A DNA stretch of 64,000 nt from the human T2T-CHM13v2.0 reference genome, Homo sapiens: NCBI RefSeq assembly GCF_009914755.1, contig NC_060947.1; one strand, given 5' to 3'. The stretch's first letter is position 1. Each line of letters starts with the position of its first letter. Below the pieces are notes generated by a model that saw only the letters and a list, made by a program, of their open reading frames with translations, searched no databases and had not been told where the DNA came from. The position numbers and the translations under genes are program-made. This document shows, piece by piece, positions 23,908 to 38,325 of this stretch.

Positions 23908-24902
23908 ATGGAAGTTCTAGCCAGATCAGTCAGCAAGAGAAAGAAAAAAAAGGCATCCAAATAGAGAAGTCAAGCTATCTCTCTACACAGACAATATGAT
24001 TCTATACCTAAAAAACCCTAAAGAGTCCACCAAAAGGCTCCTGGAACTGATAAATGACTTCAGTAAAGTTCCAGGATACAAAAATCATTGTAAAAAATCA
24101 GTACCATTTCTATACACAAATAATGGTCAAGCTGACAGCCAAATCAAGAAGTAATCCCATTTACAATAGCCACAAAAAAATTACCTAGGAATACATCTAA
24201 CCAAGGAGATGAAAGAGCTCTACAAGGAGATGTACAAAACACTGCTGAAAGAAGTTGTAGATGACACAAACAAATGGAAAAACATTCCTTGCTCATGAAT
24301 TGGAAGAATCAATATCATTCAAATGGACATACTGCCCAAAGCAGTCTACAGATTTCGACGTTATTCCTGTGAAACGACCAACATCACTTTTCACAGAATT
24401 GGGAAGAAACTATTCTAAAATTCATATGGAACCAAAAAGAGCCAGAATAGTCAAAGGACTTCTAGGCAAAAAGAACAAAGCTGGAGGCATCACACTACCT
24501 GACTTCAAACTATACTACAAAGCTACAGTGACCAAAACAGCATGATAGTGGTACAAAAACACACATAAACCAATGGAACAGAATAGAGAGCTGAGAAATA
24601 AACCCACACACCAACAGCCATCTGATCTTTGACAAAGTCAATAAAAGTTAGCAGTGAGGAAACAGCAGTCTTCATTAAATGGTGCTGGGATAGCTGGCTA
24701 GACATATGCAGAAGAATAAAACTGGACCCCTACCTTTCACCATATAAAAAAGTAACTCAAGGTGGATTAAAGATTTAAATGTAAGACTTCAAACTTTAAG
24801 AATCCTAGAAGAAAACCTAGGAAACACAACTCTGGACATCAGCCTTGGGAGAGAATTTATAGCTAGATCCTCAAAAGCAATTGTGACAACAACAAAAATT
24901 GA
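23908..24902 (+). mobile_element. L1PB/L1PA16-type ORF2 mid segment
   Basis: Encodes decayed [25 protein letters not shown]. Confidence 0.9.
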
Positions 24903-25030
24903 AGTGAGTCACGCCTCTGTCACCCTGGAGTAACCACATTGGTGCGTTCTCCGAGGCTTCTCCATCTCATTGTGAGGCTACTGGGAACAAGGCTTTATCA
25001 GGGTTTATGAGAGCAAAGTAGACCTGTGAT

Positions 25031-28000
25031 CAAGATGGTCAACTAGACACAGCCAGGGGGAACATCTGCCACTGAGGGATTGGGACATTGGGAAGACTGG
25101 TGCACTCTTAGCAGATCTTCAAAGGGAAGGCATTGAGAGCGGTTGTAGGGAAGACACAGATGTCGGGCGGAAGAGGGAGGAAGCTGGGAACCCTGCATGG
25201 GGCTACCATGCACCAGGACCCATTCCTATCCCCCAACAACTCCTGGGGAAGGGGTGAGTTGAAGAAGGAAAGAGCAACCTGCTCTAACCATGGGCCTTTG
25301 GAATCCTGGCCAGAGGAGTCCCCATGACCACTGTGGACACTTGAGTTGGCAAAGACAGCTGCTTACAGAAGTGGTCAGGGCAGAGTTCCAGCCAGTGTGG
25401 AGCCCAGAGGGTTTCATGCAGGAGCATCTGTAGTGGATCACAGCCAGGGACACCCATTCCCTTAGGCTCAACTTACTCCTATAGGAGACTTAGCCCTAGA
25501 GGAATTGTCACACATGAACTCTGCAGGGTGGTCTTGGCCATGAGATGGGACTGGTCCAACCTGAACACCCCTCAGCCTGCTGGACTCTCCCTGGGTGCTT
25601 GCAGTGCAGCCTCAGGTACCCAAAAGGGGTGTTCCTCTTGGTGGCCTGCATCACAGCTCCTGTGCTGGCAGACCACACCTGACAAGCAGAGAGCTCCACC
25701 AGAGCAGCCTCCACAGACACATATCAGCCTGCACATGCTCTCCTTCCACTGCAGCCTCCCCAGTGGTACCTTGCCTGCAGATACTAGCCCATGGCCACCT
25801 CCCAAATCACTTTGCTGGCATGTGTGTGCACAGGCAGATGTGCACCCTGCCATGCCACTTCTGCCAGCATGAATGCAGCCTGCCATTCCCATCAAAGCTT
25901 TGGAGGGCATGGAGCCCCTTAGCCTTACCTGCCACCAGCACCCTGCCCCTGTGTTGATGCTGCTGTTGCCAGAAACTAGGCAAAGAGAACAGAGACCTGC
26001 CCTGGCCCTGAGCAGCCACCGCCACCCATAAACACACACAAAGAGCTCACACAGTCCTGTGGCCACCAGGGCCCCACCACTATGCTAAAAGTGTCACCAG
26101 CACAAACATACACAAAGATGCCAGTGGGGCCCCCTGCTTCCCCATGACATGCTGCCAATGCTGCTGCTGCAAATGCCCACATGACAACCAGCATCCTGGC
26201 ACCTGCTAGCACCCCACTGCAGCTGAAAAGTGGACACCTTATCATGCTGCCACTGATACCACTCCTCCCATGGGCGAACAAAGATAAATCATGCTGCCGC
26301 AGCCCTACGAAGTGCTTTGGTTGGCACCGCCCATTGGACTGTTGTGACTAGTGGTCTGGGAGCACCTTGGCCCCTCCAGTGCAGCAGGTTCCTAACCTTA
26401 AGTGGCCAGAGAACAAAGCCAGGGCCTGATACTAGTCCTCCAGAGTTAGGACACCCAGTCTAGGAGTCCTGAGCTAAGCCTTAGCCCCCTAAAATCTTCC
26501 AGAAATGAATCCAGTTGACTGAAAAAACTTATGCCACAATCAAACCCCTAAGGTCATGAAATAGCATAAAAGGGGGAAAAAAATCCAAAAATAGCAACTT
26601 CAAAGATTGAAGGAAAATCAGCCCACAAAGATGAGAAAGAGCAATTGCCAGAAGTTTGACATTTCAAAAAGCCAGAGTGTCTTCTTTCCTCCAAACGACC
26701 ACACTAGTTCCCCAGCAGTGTTTCTTAAAGAGATGGAAATGACTGAAATGACAGAAATAGCATTCAGAATATTGATAGGAACAAAGATCATCAAGATTCA
26801 GGAGAACATTGAAACCCAATTCAAGAAAGCTAAGAATCACAATAAAATGATACAGGAGCTGACAGACAAAATAGCCAGTATTGAAAGGAACATAACTGAC
26901 TGATTCAGCTGAAAAACACACTACAAGAATTTCATAATGCAATTGTAAGTATTAACAGCAGAATAGACCAAGCCGAGGAAAGAATCTTAGAGCGTGAAGA
27001 CTGCCTTTCTGAAATGACAGTCAGAGAAAAATAAAAAAAACAAGAATGGAAAGGAATGGAAAAAAACCTCTGAGAAATATGGGATTATGTAAACAGACCA
27101 AATCTGTAACTCATTGGCATCCCTGAAAGAGATAGGGAGAATGGAAACAATTTGGAAAACTTATTTCAGGTTATCATCCATGAGAAATTCTGCAACCTAG
27201 TTAGAGAGGCCAACATTAAAATTAAGCTAATACAGAGAACTTTAGCAAGATACTTCACTAGAAGATCATCTCCAAGACATAATTATCAGATTCTCCAAGA
27301 TCAGATGAAAGAAAAAATCTGTTAAAGGCAGCTGGAGAGAAACGCCAGGTCAGCTGCAGAGGGAAGCCCATCAGACTAACAGCAGACCTCTCAGCAGAAA
27401 CCTTTCAAGCCAAAAGAGACTGGGGGCCTGTATTTAACATTCTTATAGAAAAGAAATTCCAACAGAGAATTTCATATACAGCCAAACTAAACTTCATAAG
27501 CAAATGAGAAATAAGATCCTTTTTGGACAAGCAAATGCTGAGGGAATTTGTTACCACCAGACCCGCCTTTTTAGAGCTCCTGAAAGAAGCAATAAATATG
27601 GAAAGGAAAGACCATTACCAGCCACTACAAAAACACTTAAGTACACGGGCCACTGACACTGTAAAGCAACCACACGAACAAGTTGGCATTATAACCAGCT
27701 AACAACATGATGACAGGATCAAATCCACACATATCGATACTAACCTTGAATGTAAAGAGGCTAAATGCTCCAGTTAAAAGTCACACAGTCTCAAGCTGGA
27801 TAAAGAAGCAAGACCTGATGGTAGGTATGCTGTCTTCAAGAGACCCATCTCATATGCTAGTTTAAAGTCCGTTTTGTCTGAGATTGTGAGCCCTGCTTTT
27901 TTCTGGTTTCCATTTGCTTGGTAGATTTCCTCCAACCCTTTATCTTGAGCCTGTGGGTGTTCTTGCATGTGAGAGTTTCTATTTCTTCCTGATTTAATCT

Positions 28001-29560
28001 AGGAGGGTTGTAAATTTCCAGGAATTTGTCCACCTCCTCTAGATTTTCTAGTTTGTGCACATAAAGGTTTTCATAGTAGCCTCAAATGATCTTTTGTATT
28101 TCTGTGGCACCAGTTATAATACCTCTTGTTTCATTTCTAATTGAGCTGATTGGGATTTTCTCTCTTCTCTTCTTGGCTAATCTCACTAATGATCTATTCA
28201 TTTTGTTTATCTTTTCATATAATCAACTTTTTGTTTGAATTATCTTTTGTATTTTTCTTTTTGTTTAAATTTCATGTAGTTATGCTCTGATATTTGTTAT
28301 TTCTTTTCTTCTGCTGGGTTTGGGTTTGGCTTGTTCTTGTTTCTCTAGTTCCTTGAGGTGTGACCTTAGATTGTCTATTTGTTCTCTTTCAGATTTTCTG
28401 TTGTAGTCATTTAATGCTATGAAATTTCCTCTTAGCACTGCTTTTGCTGTATCTCAGGTGTTTTGATAAGTTGTGTCATGATTATCATTCAGTTTAATGA
28501 AATTTTAAATTTCCATCTTGATCTCATTGTTGACGCAGAGATCATTCAGGAGTAGATTATTTAATTTCCATGTATTTTTATAGTTTTGAGGATTCCTTTT
28601 GGAGTTAATTTCCACTTTTATTCCATTGTGGTCTGAGAGGATACTTGATATAATTTTGATTTTCTTAAATTTATTGAGACTTGTTTTGTGACCTACTGTA
28701 TGGTCTATCTTGGAGAATGTTTTATATGCTGATGAAAATAATATATATTCTGCAGTTCTTAGGTAGAATGTTTTCTAAATGTCTATTAAGTCCACTTTTT
28801 CTAGTGTATCATTTAAGTCCATTGTTTCTTTGCTGATTTTCTGCTTTGATGGCATGTCTAGTACTGTCAGTGGAGTATTGAGTTCCCCCATTATTATTGT
28901 GTTGCTGGTAGGCTGTGGAGAACAGCGAATGCATATACATTGTTGGTGGGAGTGTAAATTAGTTTAGCTACTGTGGAATTAAGTTTGGAGATTTCTCAGA
29001 GAACTTAAAACAGAACTACCATTCAACCCAGCAATTATACCACCAAAAAGCATGTGCACTCAAATGTTTATCACAGCACCATTCACAATAGCAAAGAGGT
29101 GGAATCAACCTAGGTGCTCATCAATGGTGGATTGGATCAAGAAAATGTGGTACACATATGCCATGGAATACTATACAAAAAGAATGAAAGATGAAAAAGG
29201 TATACAAAAAGATGAAAAAGAATAAAATCATGTCCTTTGAAGCAACATGGAGGCAGCTGGAGGCCATTATCCTAAGTGAATTAATGCAGTAACAGAAAAC
29301 CAAATGCCACATGTTCTCACAAGTGGGAGCTAAACATTGGGTACTCATGAACATAAAAATGGCAACAGTAGATACTGAGGACTACTAGAGTGGGAGGGAG
29401 AGGGGGCAATTGTTGAAAAACTACTGGGTACTATGCTCTCTACCTAGATGATGGGATCAATCATACCCTAAACCTGAGCATCATGTGATATAGCCATGTA
29501 ATAAACCTGCACATGTTCCCCCTGAATGTAAAATAAAAGTCGAAGTTATAACAAACAAAT
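25031..29560 (+). mobile_element. Rearranged L1PB/L1P4 element: 5' UTR, ORF1, ORF2 start, inverted internal pieces (27858-28905), 3' end
   Basis: 5' motif caagatggtcaactaga; GC-rich UTR; ORF1-like peptide at 26607; ORF2 start atgacaggatcaaatccacac; strand switches at 27858 and ~28905. Confidence 0.88.
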
Positions 29561-31081
29561 AATATACCATTTATGTATAATAATAGTAAAATTATGTCAT
29601 GTTTACACCCTTCCTGCTTTTAGTGTTATCATTGTTTTATGTTTTACTTTTACTTATAACACCTCAAATATGTTGCTGTTATTACATGATTTCAACATTC
29701 AATTGCCCTTTAAAAATTTAAAGGAAAATAATGTGTTATATTTTACTACCTATTTAGAATTTCCAATGCTCTTCATTTATTACCTTATGTCTGAATTTCC
29801 ATATTGTTTTATCATTTTCATAGGTTTTCCTTAGCATTTTCATAGATTAGATACGCTGGCAACACAATTTGCCTTTATGTTTACAAGATTTTTTACTGGA
29901 CATAGATTTGTACATTGACAGGTTTTTTGAAATCACTGTATCACCAGCATCTGGCACGATTCCTGACACACATAGTGAAGTCATTCCTTAAACACAAGAT
30001 ACATCCTAAAATCAACATGTAAAATGAAAATCATCTGGTCAAATGACTTTGCGTAATGCCTTAGGAAGGTGCGACATTGAAGAATGACATTCTTTTCTCA
30101 GAACGTTCAGCACTGCCAGCTTCTCCTCCAGTGCAGGAGCAGATGACTGGGTTGTTCCTTTTGTTTGACCCGCAGATTAAGTAACTGGCTTGCACTCGTG
30201 GCTGACCACACTACATGCAAAATATGTATCTAAACAAAAGAATGACGTTCAGCAAAGTGAGGTGTTCACACTATGAAATGAAAGAACAAATTCGTGCCTT
30301 TCATCTCACACTCAACCCAGGGTATATATTAACTGAATATAATGGTGGGATAATTTGCCTGTACTATTTAAACAATTTTCTCCTAGTGTGTATAGCTGAA
30401 TTCATGTAAATGAAATATGTCCATGAATGCCAATGTCATAGCCACTCAAAAAGTTTCTTTGCATGAGTGACTTAATTAACGCTGTTCTCTCTACTTAAAT
30501 ATCTTCCTTTTGTCTCTGCCTATCAAAACCATACACATTTTCACAGCCAAGCTGATGAACCACTTATTCTCCCCAGCAGGCTAATTATTTCATTTATGAT
30601 GTGTCTACTCTGCAGCACATAATGCAAAACACCTAATACTCTTTGCCCTCCTTTAATGAATCCTCTTCCCATTTTAAAGATGACACTTAGATGTAGAGAG
30701 TTTAACTATCTTGCCCAAGATTGGTGTCATCTACCTTGTTCACTGCTGTCTCCCCAGTGCCAAGAACAGTGTCTTAACAAAAATCTGTTGACTGGGTAGA
30801 ATGGTTGTCAGATTCTTGACCTGTTTCAACTCATGACCCTAACCATGCTTTCTTAGTCTGTCATTTGCATACTGGCCCCAGCCAATAATATATTAATATT
30901 ATAGATCTTTGTTTTACATTTGTATTACAAAATCTGTAGGTATCTTAAATGTTTTTCCAAAGTGCACCTGCCATTTGAGAGTCTGATATGCTTCTCCTTC
31001 CTCATAGCCCCCGTAAGATGTAGGGTCTGTACCACCCACATGGCACTTAATAAGATATTGCTTTGCATTGTAGGTACTTGC

Positions 31082-31585
31082 TGTCATACCAGGCTCCTAT
31101 TAACTTCAACAGGGATGGCGCCGGGTTCAAGAGGCTGAAGAAGAGACCCAGAGCCAGCAAATGAGACAGAGGGTTTCATTAGCAGGAAACTTATATGCAG
31201 GGATGGTCCGGTGGTGCTGGACTGGACAGGAGAACCACCTTACATACAGGGAAAGTCCAGTGGTGGCGGGCTGGGCAGGACAACCACAACGGCTTACAAA
31301 AAGCAATCAGTTTATATAAGATATTCACTTAGCACCCTCCCCCTAACAACTTCCATCCAGCAAATTTCATTTAACCCAAAACAAAGGGCCTCACTCCCTT
31401 CTGCATTCCACTGGATGGCCAGGGGTCAGATGTTCCTCCTGGATATACAGGCAAGGAACGTATCTCCCAGTTGGCCATTTCTGGATTCCTCAGCTCAGAA
31501 CACACACTCAGGTGCACCTGCCATATAGGGTAATTCTCAGGTTATGCTTAAGTTTAATTTCACTTCCAGGTGTGTCTACCATACA
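31082..31585 (-). mobile_element. ERVL-class solo LTR (LTR32/LTR47-like)
   Basis: TG...CA termini; 5-bp TSD cttgc/tttgc; reverse strand begins tgtatggtagacacacctg...cttaagcataacctgagaat. Confidence 0.75.
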
Positions 31586-31689
31586 TTTGCATACACATCT
31601 CTACTGCTGTAGGAGGATAGATGCTCACTGACCGGTGTCATTCTCTGAAGTATTCATTAATGGAGTTTTGTTTAACATTGATTGATTGA

Positions 31690-31942
31690 TTTTAAGTTGA
31701 AATATAATGATATGTATTTGTCATATATAACATGTTTTGAAATATGTATGAATTTGGGAATGTGGCTAAATTGAGCTAATTAACATATGCATTACCTCAC
31801 ATACTTATTATTTTGTGGTGAGAACACCTAAAATCTACTCTCTTAGCAATTTTTAAGAATACAATACATTGTTATTAACTATAATCGCCATGTTGTACAA
31901 TAGATCTATTGAACTTATTCTTCCTAACTGAAATTTTGTATT
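31690..31942 (-). mobile_element. L1MA 3' end fragment
   Basis: 'gctaattaacatatgcattacctcacatacttatt...gtggtgagaacacctaaaatctactctcttagcaat'. Confidence 0.85.
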
Positions 31943-32659
31943 TGGACCCTAGTCTTGACAAGGTAAATGACTAGAGTTAATTGCCCTTCTGCTGACATGG
32001 TCAAGACCTTGACAATCTAGACCAAAGTAGATGTCTAAGCCTTGCAGACTCCTGGTTTCCATCATATTAGTGTCCTCTTGCCCATACTGACAGGAATTGG
32101 CCAACTGGTAACTATGCCTCAGTCTGTCTAATCAGGTGAGACCGTTTTCTTTAGCAACTGGCAACTTCTGGAACATCAGAGATTTACAAAATGTATTTTA
32201 CTGCTGACTAAATACGCAAATAAGAAGATAGAAGGGTGACTATTTAAATATTGATGTGAATTACTTAGATCTTAAGATTTACTAATGATTTATACATATC
32301 TGCCATGTGGCTTCGTGGAACCCTTGGATCATTCTAAAGTTCTGGACTAGGAACATGTTTAGCTTTTAACCAGAAAAAGAGATGCAACGATAATCATCAA
32401 CCACAAATGCATCTATTTTAATAAGCAGGGTTATGGTGAGGTTTGCAAATGCAGAAGTCATAGTTAGAAGGGATCATATAGTAAAAGGATCCAAGTTCAG
32501 AAAACTATCAATGGCAAAATCTAAACTAGGTAAAAATGCCTAAACTAGACTTCTAAGAGAATTTTTCCATGGGCTGTACCTGTATTATCCTTAACCAGTC
32601 AATCATTTTGATCACTACAGTGTGGGTTCAGGAGGGGTGGGTGGGGAGACAAATTTTGG

Positions 32660-33205
32660 CATTATGTACTAAGTGCTTACTGAATGCCAAGTTCTTTAAG
32701 TGGATTATCTCATTTAATTATTACAACTCAGGATGAAGATACTGTTATTATCACCATCTTATGGAAGAGGAAACCGAGGCTCACACAGATCGTGATTTGT
32801 TTATGATCATAGCCTATAAGGGCAGAGCTTAGATTTGAATCCAGATCTGACTCCATGTCCTGTGCTCATTTTGCTATACCACACTGCCTCTCCGTGGTCT
32901 CCTATTAACCTATGATAATAATAGCAATGTTTATTGGGAACTATAAGAGCAAAACAATTGAAAATCTGGGCTCGTGCTTTATAAAAGTTACCATTCATTG
33001 AGCGCTAGGCATGGTAATAAGGGCTTTACATATAATAGCTCGTTTAATCATCAAAACCACTCTACGATGTAGGCATTATTATTATATTTGCATTTTACAG
33101 ATGAGGGAAGTAAAGTTCAGAGGGGTTAAATGACTGGCCCATAGTTAGCTAGAAAGTTTCAGAGCCAGATTTCAAACCTGTCAGTTACCAGAGCTAGAGT
33201 CCTTA
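32660..33205 (-). mobile_element. Two MIR SINEs (~32660-32890 and ~32985-33205)
   Basis: Cores 'atggaagaggaaaccgaggctcacacag' and 'cattttacagatgagggaagtaaagttcagaggggttaaatgactggccc'. Confidence 0.8.
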
Positions 33206-33209
33206 TACC

Positions 33210-33375
33210 TCCAGTTCAAACCTGAATGTGCATAAGAATCACCTGATGAGGCTATGAAAATGTATATTCCTTAGCCGCATTCCTGAGAGTCTGAATAAGT
33301 AGGTCTTTTAAAGAAGTTCCCCAGGGGATTGGAATGCAAGGCCTCCATGGACCATCCTATGAAAACAGTGATCTG
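33210..33375. mobile_element. MER5-type hAT MITE
   Basis: 'gcataagaatcacctg...tctgaataagtaggtct...aagttccccaggggatt'. Confidence 0.6.
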
Positions 33376-33719
33376 CAGCACAAATATGGGCCTGGGGGAA
33401 AGAAAATTGAGTACAGCATAGGTTCCATGAGGAGCAGTCACAATTTTATCACAGTGCTGCTATGACTGTTTCTTTCTCCTTCTGACTTGCCCAAATTTGG
33501 ACTCCGTTTGCCTTTCTAGAACAAAAGCATTACCCTTTCTTTTTACTATCTCACACGGGCCAGATTCTGCTTTCCCAGCAAAATTAACAGCACCAATAAC
33601 AACAAATCGACTTACTCATTTTTCCTGATAGACCGGGGCTTCTTACTCTATTTTGTACCATGGATCCCATTGGCCTCTGGTGGAGCCTACGGTCCCCTTC
33701 TCAGAGTAATATTTCTTAA

Positions 33720-33981
33720 TTATTATTACTTTAAAGACAGGGTCTCTTTCTGTCATCCAGGCTGGAGTGCAGTGGCACAGTCATGACTCACTGCAGCCTC
33801 GATTTCCCGGGCTTCAGCAATCCTCCCACCCTCAGCCTCCTGAGTAGCTGGGACTACAGGTGCATGCCACCACACCTGCCTAATTTTTGTATTTTTTGGT
33901 AGAGACAGGGTTTTGCCATAGTTGCCCAGGCTGGTCTTGAACTCCTGGGCTCAAGCAATCCACCCGCCTTGGCCTCCCAAA
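33720..33981 (-). mobile_element. AluJ, slightly 5'-truncated, inserted in a hAT MITE remnant
   Basis: 'actcctgggctcaagcaatcc'; degenerate TSD agagtaatatttcttaa/agaataatactttttaa. Confidence 0.9.
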
Positions 33982-34002
33982 AGAATAATACTTTTTAATG
34001 GC

Positions 34003-34140
34003 TTTGAGGAATAACACTCTAAAGAGCCTCCAGTGATTGCTGCCTCCTTGTATTCATGCCCTTATATAATCTCCTTCACTTGTTTATGGTCTGGAGGTAA
34101 TAATTTATTTTGAACAAATTGAGTATACCAAAAGTGATGT
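34003..34140 (+). mobile_element. MLT1-type LTR 5' fragment
   Basis: 'cctccttgtattcatgcccttatataatctcctt...caaaagtgatgtcactt'. Confidence 0.55.
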
Positions 34141-34149
34141 CACTTTTGT

Positions 34150-36310
34150 GATCATGTTAAGATTTTCAATATAAGTTTCTTTGAAATATAATTCACATAC
34201 TATAAATTGTATTCTCTTAAGGTATGCAAAACAGTAGCATTTAGTATGTTACAATGTTGTACAACTATGACCAATATATATTCTATTAATATAAGATTTT
34301 TGTCACACCAAAAAGAAACCCAGTACCCATTAGCAGTCATTCCCCATTGTTCTCTCTCCCGAGCCTATGATAACCATTAATCTATTTTTGTCTGTACAAA
34401 TTTGCCTGTTCTGGATATTTCATAGAAATTGAATTATACAATAAGTGGTACTTTGTGACTGGCTTCTTTCAGTTAATGTAATGTTCTCAAGGTTCATCCA
34501 TGTTGTAGCATGTGCTAGTACCTGGTTCCATTCTTTGGCTGAATAATATTCCATGATATTGATAGGTTACATTTTACTTATCCATTCATCAGTTGACAGA
34601 CATTGGGTTTCCTCCACTTTTTTACTATTGTGAATAGTGCTGCTGTGAACATTCATGGACAAATTTTTGCATGAAAATATGTTTTCAATTCTCTTGGATG
34701 TATATCTAGGAGTGGAGTTGCTGGGTCATATGGTAACTCTATAATTAAATTAGAGAAACTGCCAAACTATTTCCTAAAGTGGCTGCAATATTTTACATCC
34801 CTACCAGCAATGTAGGAGAGTTGCAATTTTTCCACATCCTTGCCAACACTAGTTATTTTCTGTCTTTAATTGAAGCCATCTTAGTGGATGCGAAGTGACA
34901 TTTCATTGTGGTGTTGTTTTGCATTTTTCTATTGAACAATTTTTCACATCCTTATTGGTCATTTGTATATCTTCATTGGATAAATAGTTATTGAGATCCT
35001 TTGCCCACGTTTAAACTGGATTATTTGTCTTTTCTTATTCAATTTAAGAACCCTGTACATGTTTTGTATATTAGACCCTTAGCAGACATATCATTTATAA
35101 ATGTTTTGTCCTATCCTGTAGAGTCTTTTCTAACAATAGACTTAAGTTTTAGAGCAGTTTTTGATTTACAGAAAACCTGAGCAGCAAGTACAAAGATTTC
35201 CCATATATTCTTTCTCTCTCACTGCAATTTTCCCTACTATTAACATCTTGCATTAGTGTGGTACATTTGTTCAAACAGATGAACTGATATTGATACATTG
35301 TTAATTAAGTCCTAAATTCACATTAGCGTTTACTCTCCGTATTATATAATTCCATGCATTTTGACAAATGCATAATGTCATGTATCTACTATTATAGTTC
35401 ATAAAAAATAAGTTCACTTATGATTAAAGTGAAATAAAAATCACCTTAAAAGTCACCTGTGCTCCACCTATTACCCTCTCTCTCCTTTCTCCTGAACCCC
35501 TGGCAACCACTCATCTTTCTGTTGTCTAGAATTTCACCTTTTTCCAGAACGTCACATCGTTGGAATTATACAGCCTTTTTATATTGGCTTCTTTCACTAA
35601 GCAGTATGCAATTAAGGTTCCTTCACGTCTTTTTCTGATTTGATTGTTTATTCTTTTTCATTGCTGAACAGTATTCCATTTTCTGGATGTATCACAGTTT
35701 GTTTATCAACTCACCTGATGAGGAATATCTTGGTTGCCTCTAGTTTTTGGCAATTATAAGTAAAACTTTCATCTTAGGTTGTTTGTGCTGCTATAACAAA
35801 ATACCTGAGACTTCGTAGCTTATAGTGAACAAAAATTTATTTTTCACAGTTCTGGAGGCTTGGAAGTCCAAGATCAAGATGCTGGCAGGTTCAGTGTCTG
35901 GTGAGGGCCCATTCTTTTAAAATGGTGTTGTCTAGGTATCCTCAAATGGCAGAAAGGTAGAAGGACAAAAGAGAGCAAACTCCCTTCTTTCAAGCCTTTT
36001 CATAAGGACACCAATCCATTCACAAGAGCAGAGCCCTCATGGCTGAATTACCTCCTAAAGGTCCCACCTCTAAACATTGTTACATTGATGACTAAGTTTC
36101 AACATATGAATTCTGGGGGACAGATTAGACCATAGAAGCTACTACAAACATTCTTATGCAGGTTTTTGTGTGAGCATAAGTTTCCAACTCATTTGGGTAA
36201 ATACCTAGAGGTACAATCGATGGATCACATGGCAAAACTATGTTTAACTTTGCCAAATATTTAATTGAGATGTTTGTTCTCATATTGTTGAATTTTAAGT
36301 TTTTGAATTT
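34150..36310 (-). mobile_element. L1MB 3' end (34150-35130) with nested L1MC 3' end (35135-36255)
   Basis: L1MB 'aaaagaaacccagtacccattagcagtcattcccc'; L1MC 'ttttagagcagtttttgatttacagaaaa...cattagtgtggtacatttgtt'. Confidence 0.82.
35770..36136 (-). mobile_element. MLT1A-type MaLR solo LTR
   Basis: 'ctgctataacaaaatacctgagac...cacagttctggaggc...tttcaacatatgaattctggggga'. Confidence 0.88.
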
Positions 36311-37150
36311 ATTTTTTATTTTATTTATTTTTAAATTTTGTGGGTACATAATAGGTGTACCCACAAAATATAGTTTGTTACATAAGATATTTTGATACAG
36401 GCATGCAATGTATAATAATCACGTCAGGGTAAATGGGGAATCCATCACCTTAAGCATTTATCCTTTGTGTTACAAACAATCCAGTGATACATTTTTACTG
36501 TGCAATTAAATTATTTTTAACTATAGTCACCCTGTTATGCTAGCAAATACTAGATCTTATTCTTTCTAACTAATTTTTGTACCCATTAACCATCCCCACT
36601 TATCCCACATTTCCCTCCCCAGTACCCTTCCCAACCTCTGGTAACTATTCTACTCTCTATTTCCATGTCAGTTTGGTTTTTAAATTTTTAGTTCCCACTA
36701 ATAAGTGAGAACATGTGATGTTTGTCTTTTTGTGACTGGCTTATTTCACTGAACATAATGACCTCCAGTTCTATTCATGTTGTTGTAAATAATAGGATCT
36801 CATTCTTTGTTATGGTTGAATAGTACTCCTTTTATATATGTACCACATTTTCTTTATCCATTCATCTGCTAATGGACATTAGGTTGCCTCCAACTGTTGG
36901 CTATTATACATAGCCCTGTAACAAACATGAGAGTGAAGATATCTCTTCGATATACTGATTTCCTTTTTTGGGGAATGTACCTAGGAGTGGGATTGCTGGA
37001 TCATATGGCAGCTCTGTTTTTAGTTTTTTGAGAAACCTCCAAACGGTTCTCCATAGTGGTTGTACTAATTTACATTCCCATCAACAATGTACAAGTGTTC
37101 CCTTTATCCCTATCCTCACTAGCATTTGTTTTTGCCTGATTTTTGGATAA

Positions 37151-37503
<353 letters not shown>

Positions 37504-37961
37504 TGTATTTCTTTTATGATTGATGATGTTGAGCACATTTTCATATGTCTGTTTGCCATTTGTATCTCTTCTTTTGAGAAATGTCTATTCAAATCATGTG
37601 CCCATTTTTTGGTCAGATTATTAGATTTTTTTCCTATAGACCTGTTTGAACTCCTTATATTTTCTGGTTATTAATCTTTTGTCAAATGGGTAGTTTGCAA
37701 ATATTTTCTCCCATTGGTTGTCTCTTCACTTTGTTGATTATTTCCTTTGCTGTGCAAATGCTTTTAAACTCAATGTGATCCCATTTCTCCATTTTTGCTT
37801 TGGTTGCCTGTGCTTCTGGTGTAATGCTCAAGAAATCTTTGCCCAGTACAATGTTCTGGAGATTGTCCCCAATGTTTTCTTGTAGTAGTTTCATAGTTTG
37901 AGGTGTTAGATTTAATCTTTAATTCATTTTGATTTGATTTTAGTATATGGCAATAGGTAGG

Positions 37962-38325
37962 TGATATGGTTTGGCTCTGTGTCCCCACCCAAATCTCATC
38001 TTGAATTGTAGTTCCCATAATCCCTACCTGTCGTGGGAGGGACCTAGTGGGAAGTGATTGAATCATGGGGGCAGTTTTCCCCAGGCTGTTCTTGTGATAA
38101 TGAGCGAGCTCTCACAAGATCTGATGGTTTTATAAGTGTCTGGCATTTCCCTTGCTGGCACTCATTCTCTCTCCTGCTGCCCTGTGAAGAGGTGCCTTCT
38201 GTCATGATTTTAAGTTTCTTGAGGTCTCCCCAGCCATAAAGAACTGTGAGTCAATTAAATCTCTTTTCTTTATGAATTACCCAGTCTCATGTATTTTTAT
38301 AGTAGCCTGAGAATGGACTGATATA
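37962..38325 (+). mobile_element. THE1D-like MaLR solo LTR
   Basis: tgatatggtttggctctgtgtccccacccaaatctc...; TSD gtagg/gtaga. Confidence 0.92.

Noticed and set aside
25133-26281. Cluster of overlapping GC-rich ORFs
   Set aside because: Lies in an L1 5' UTR; few stops because of GC content
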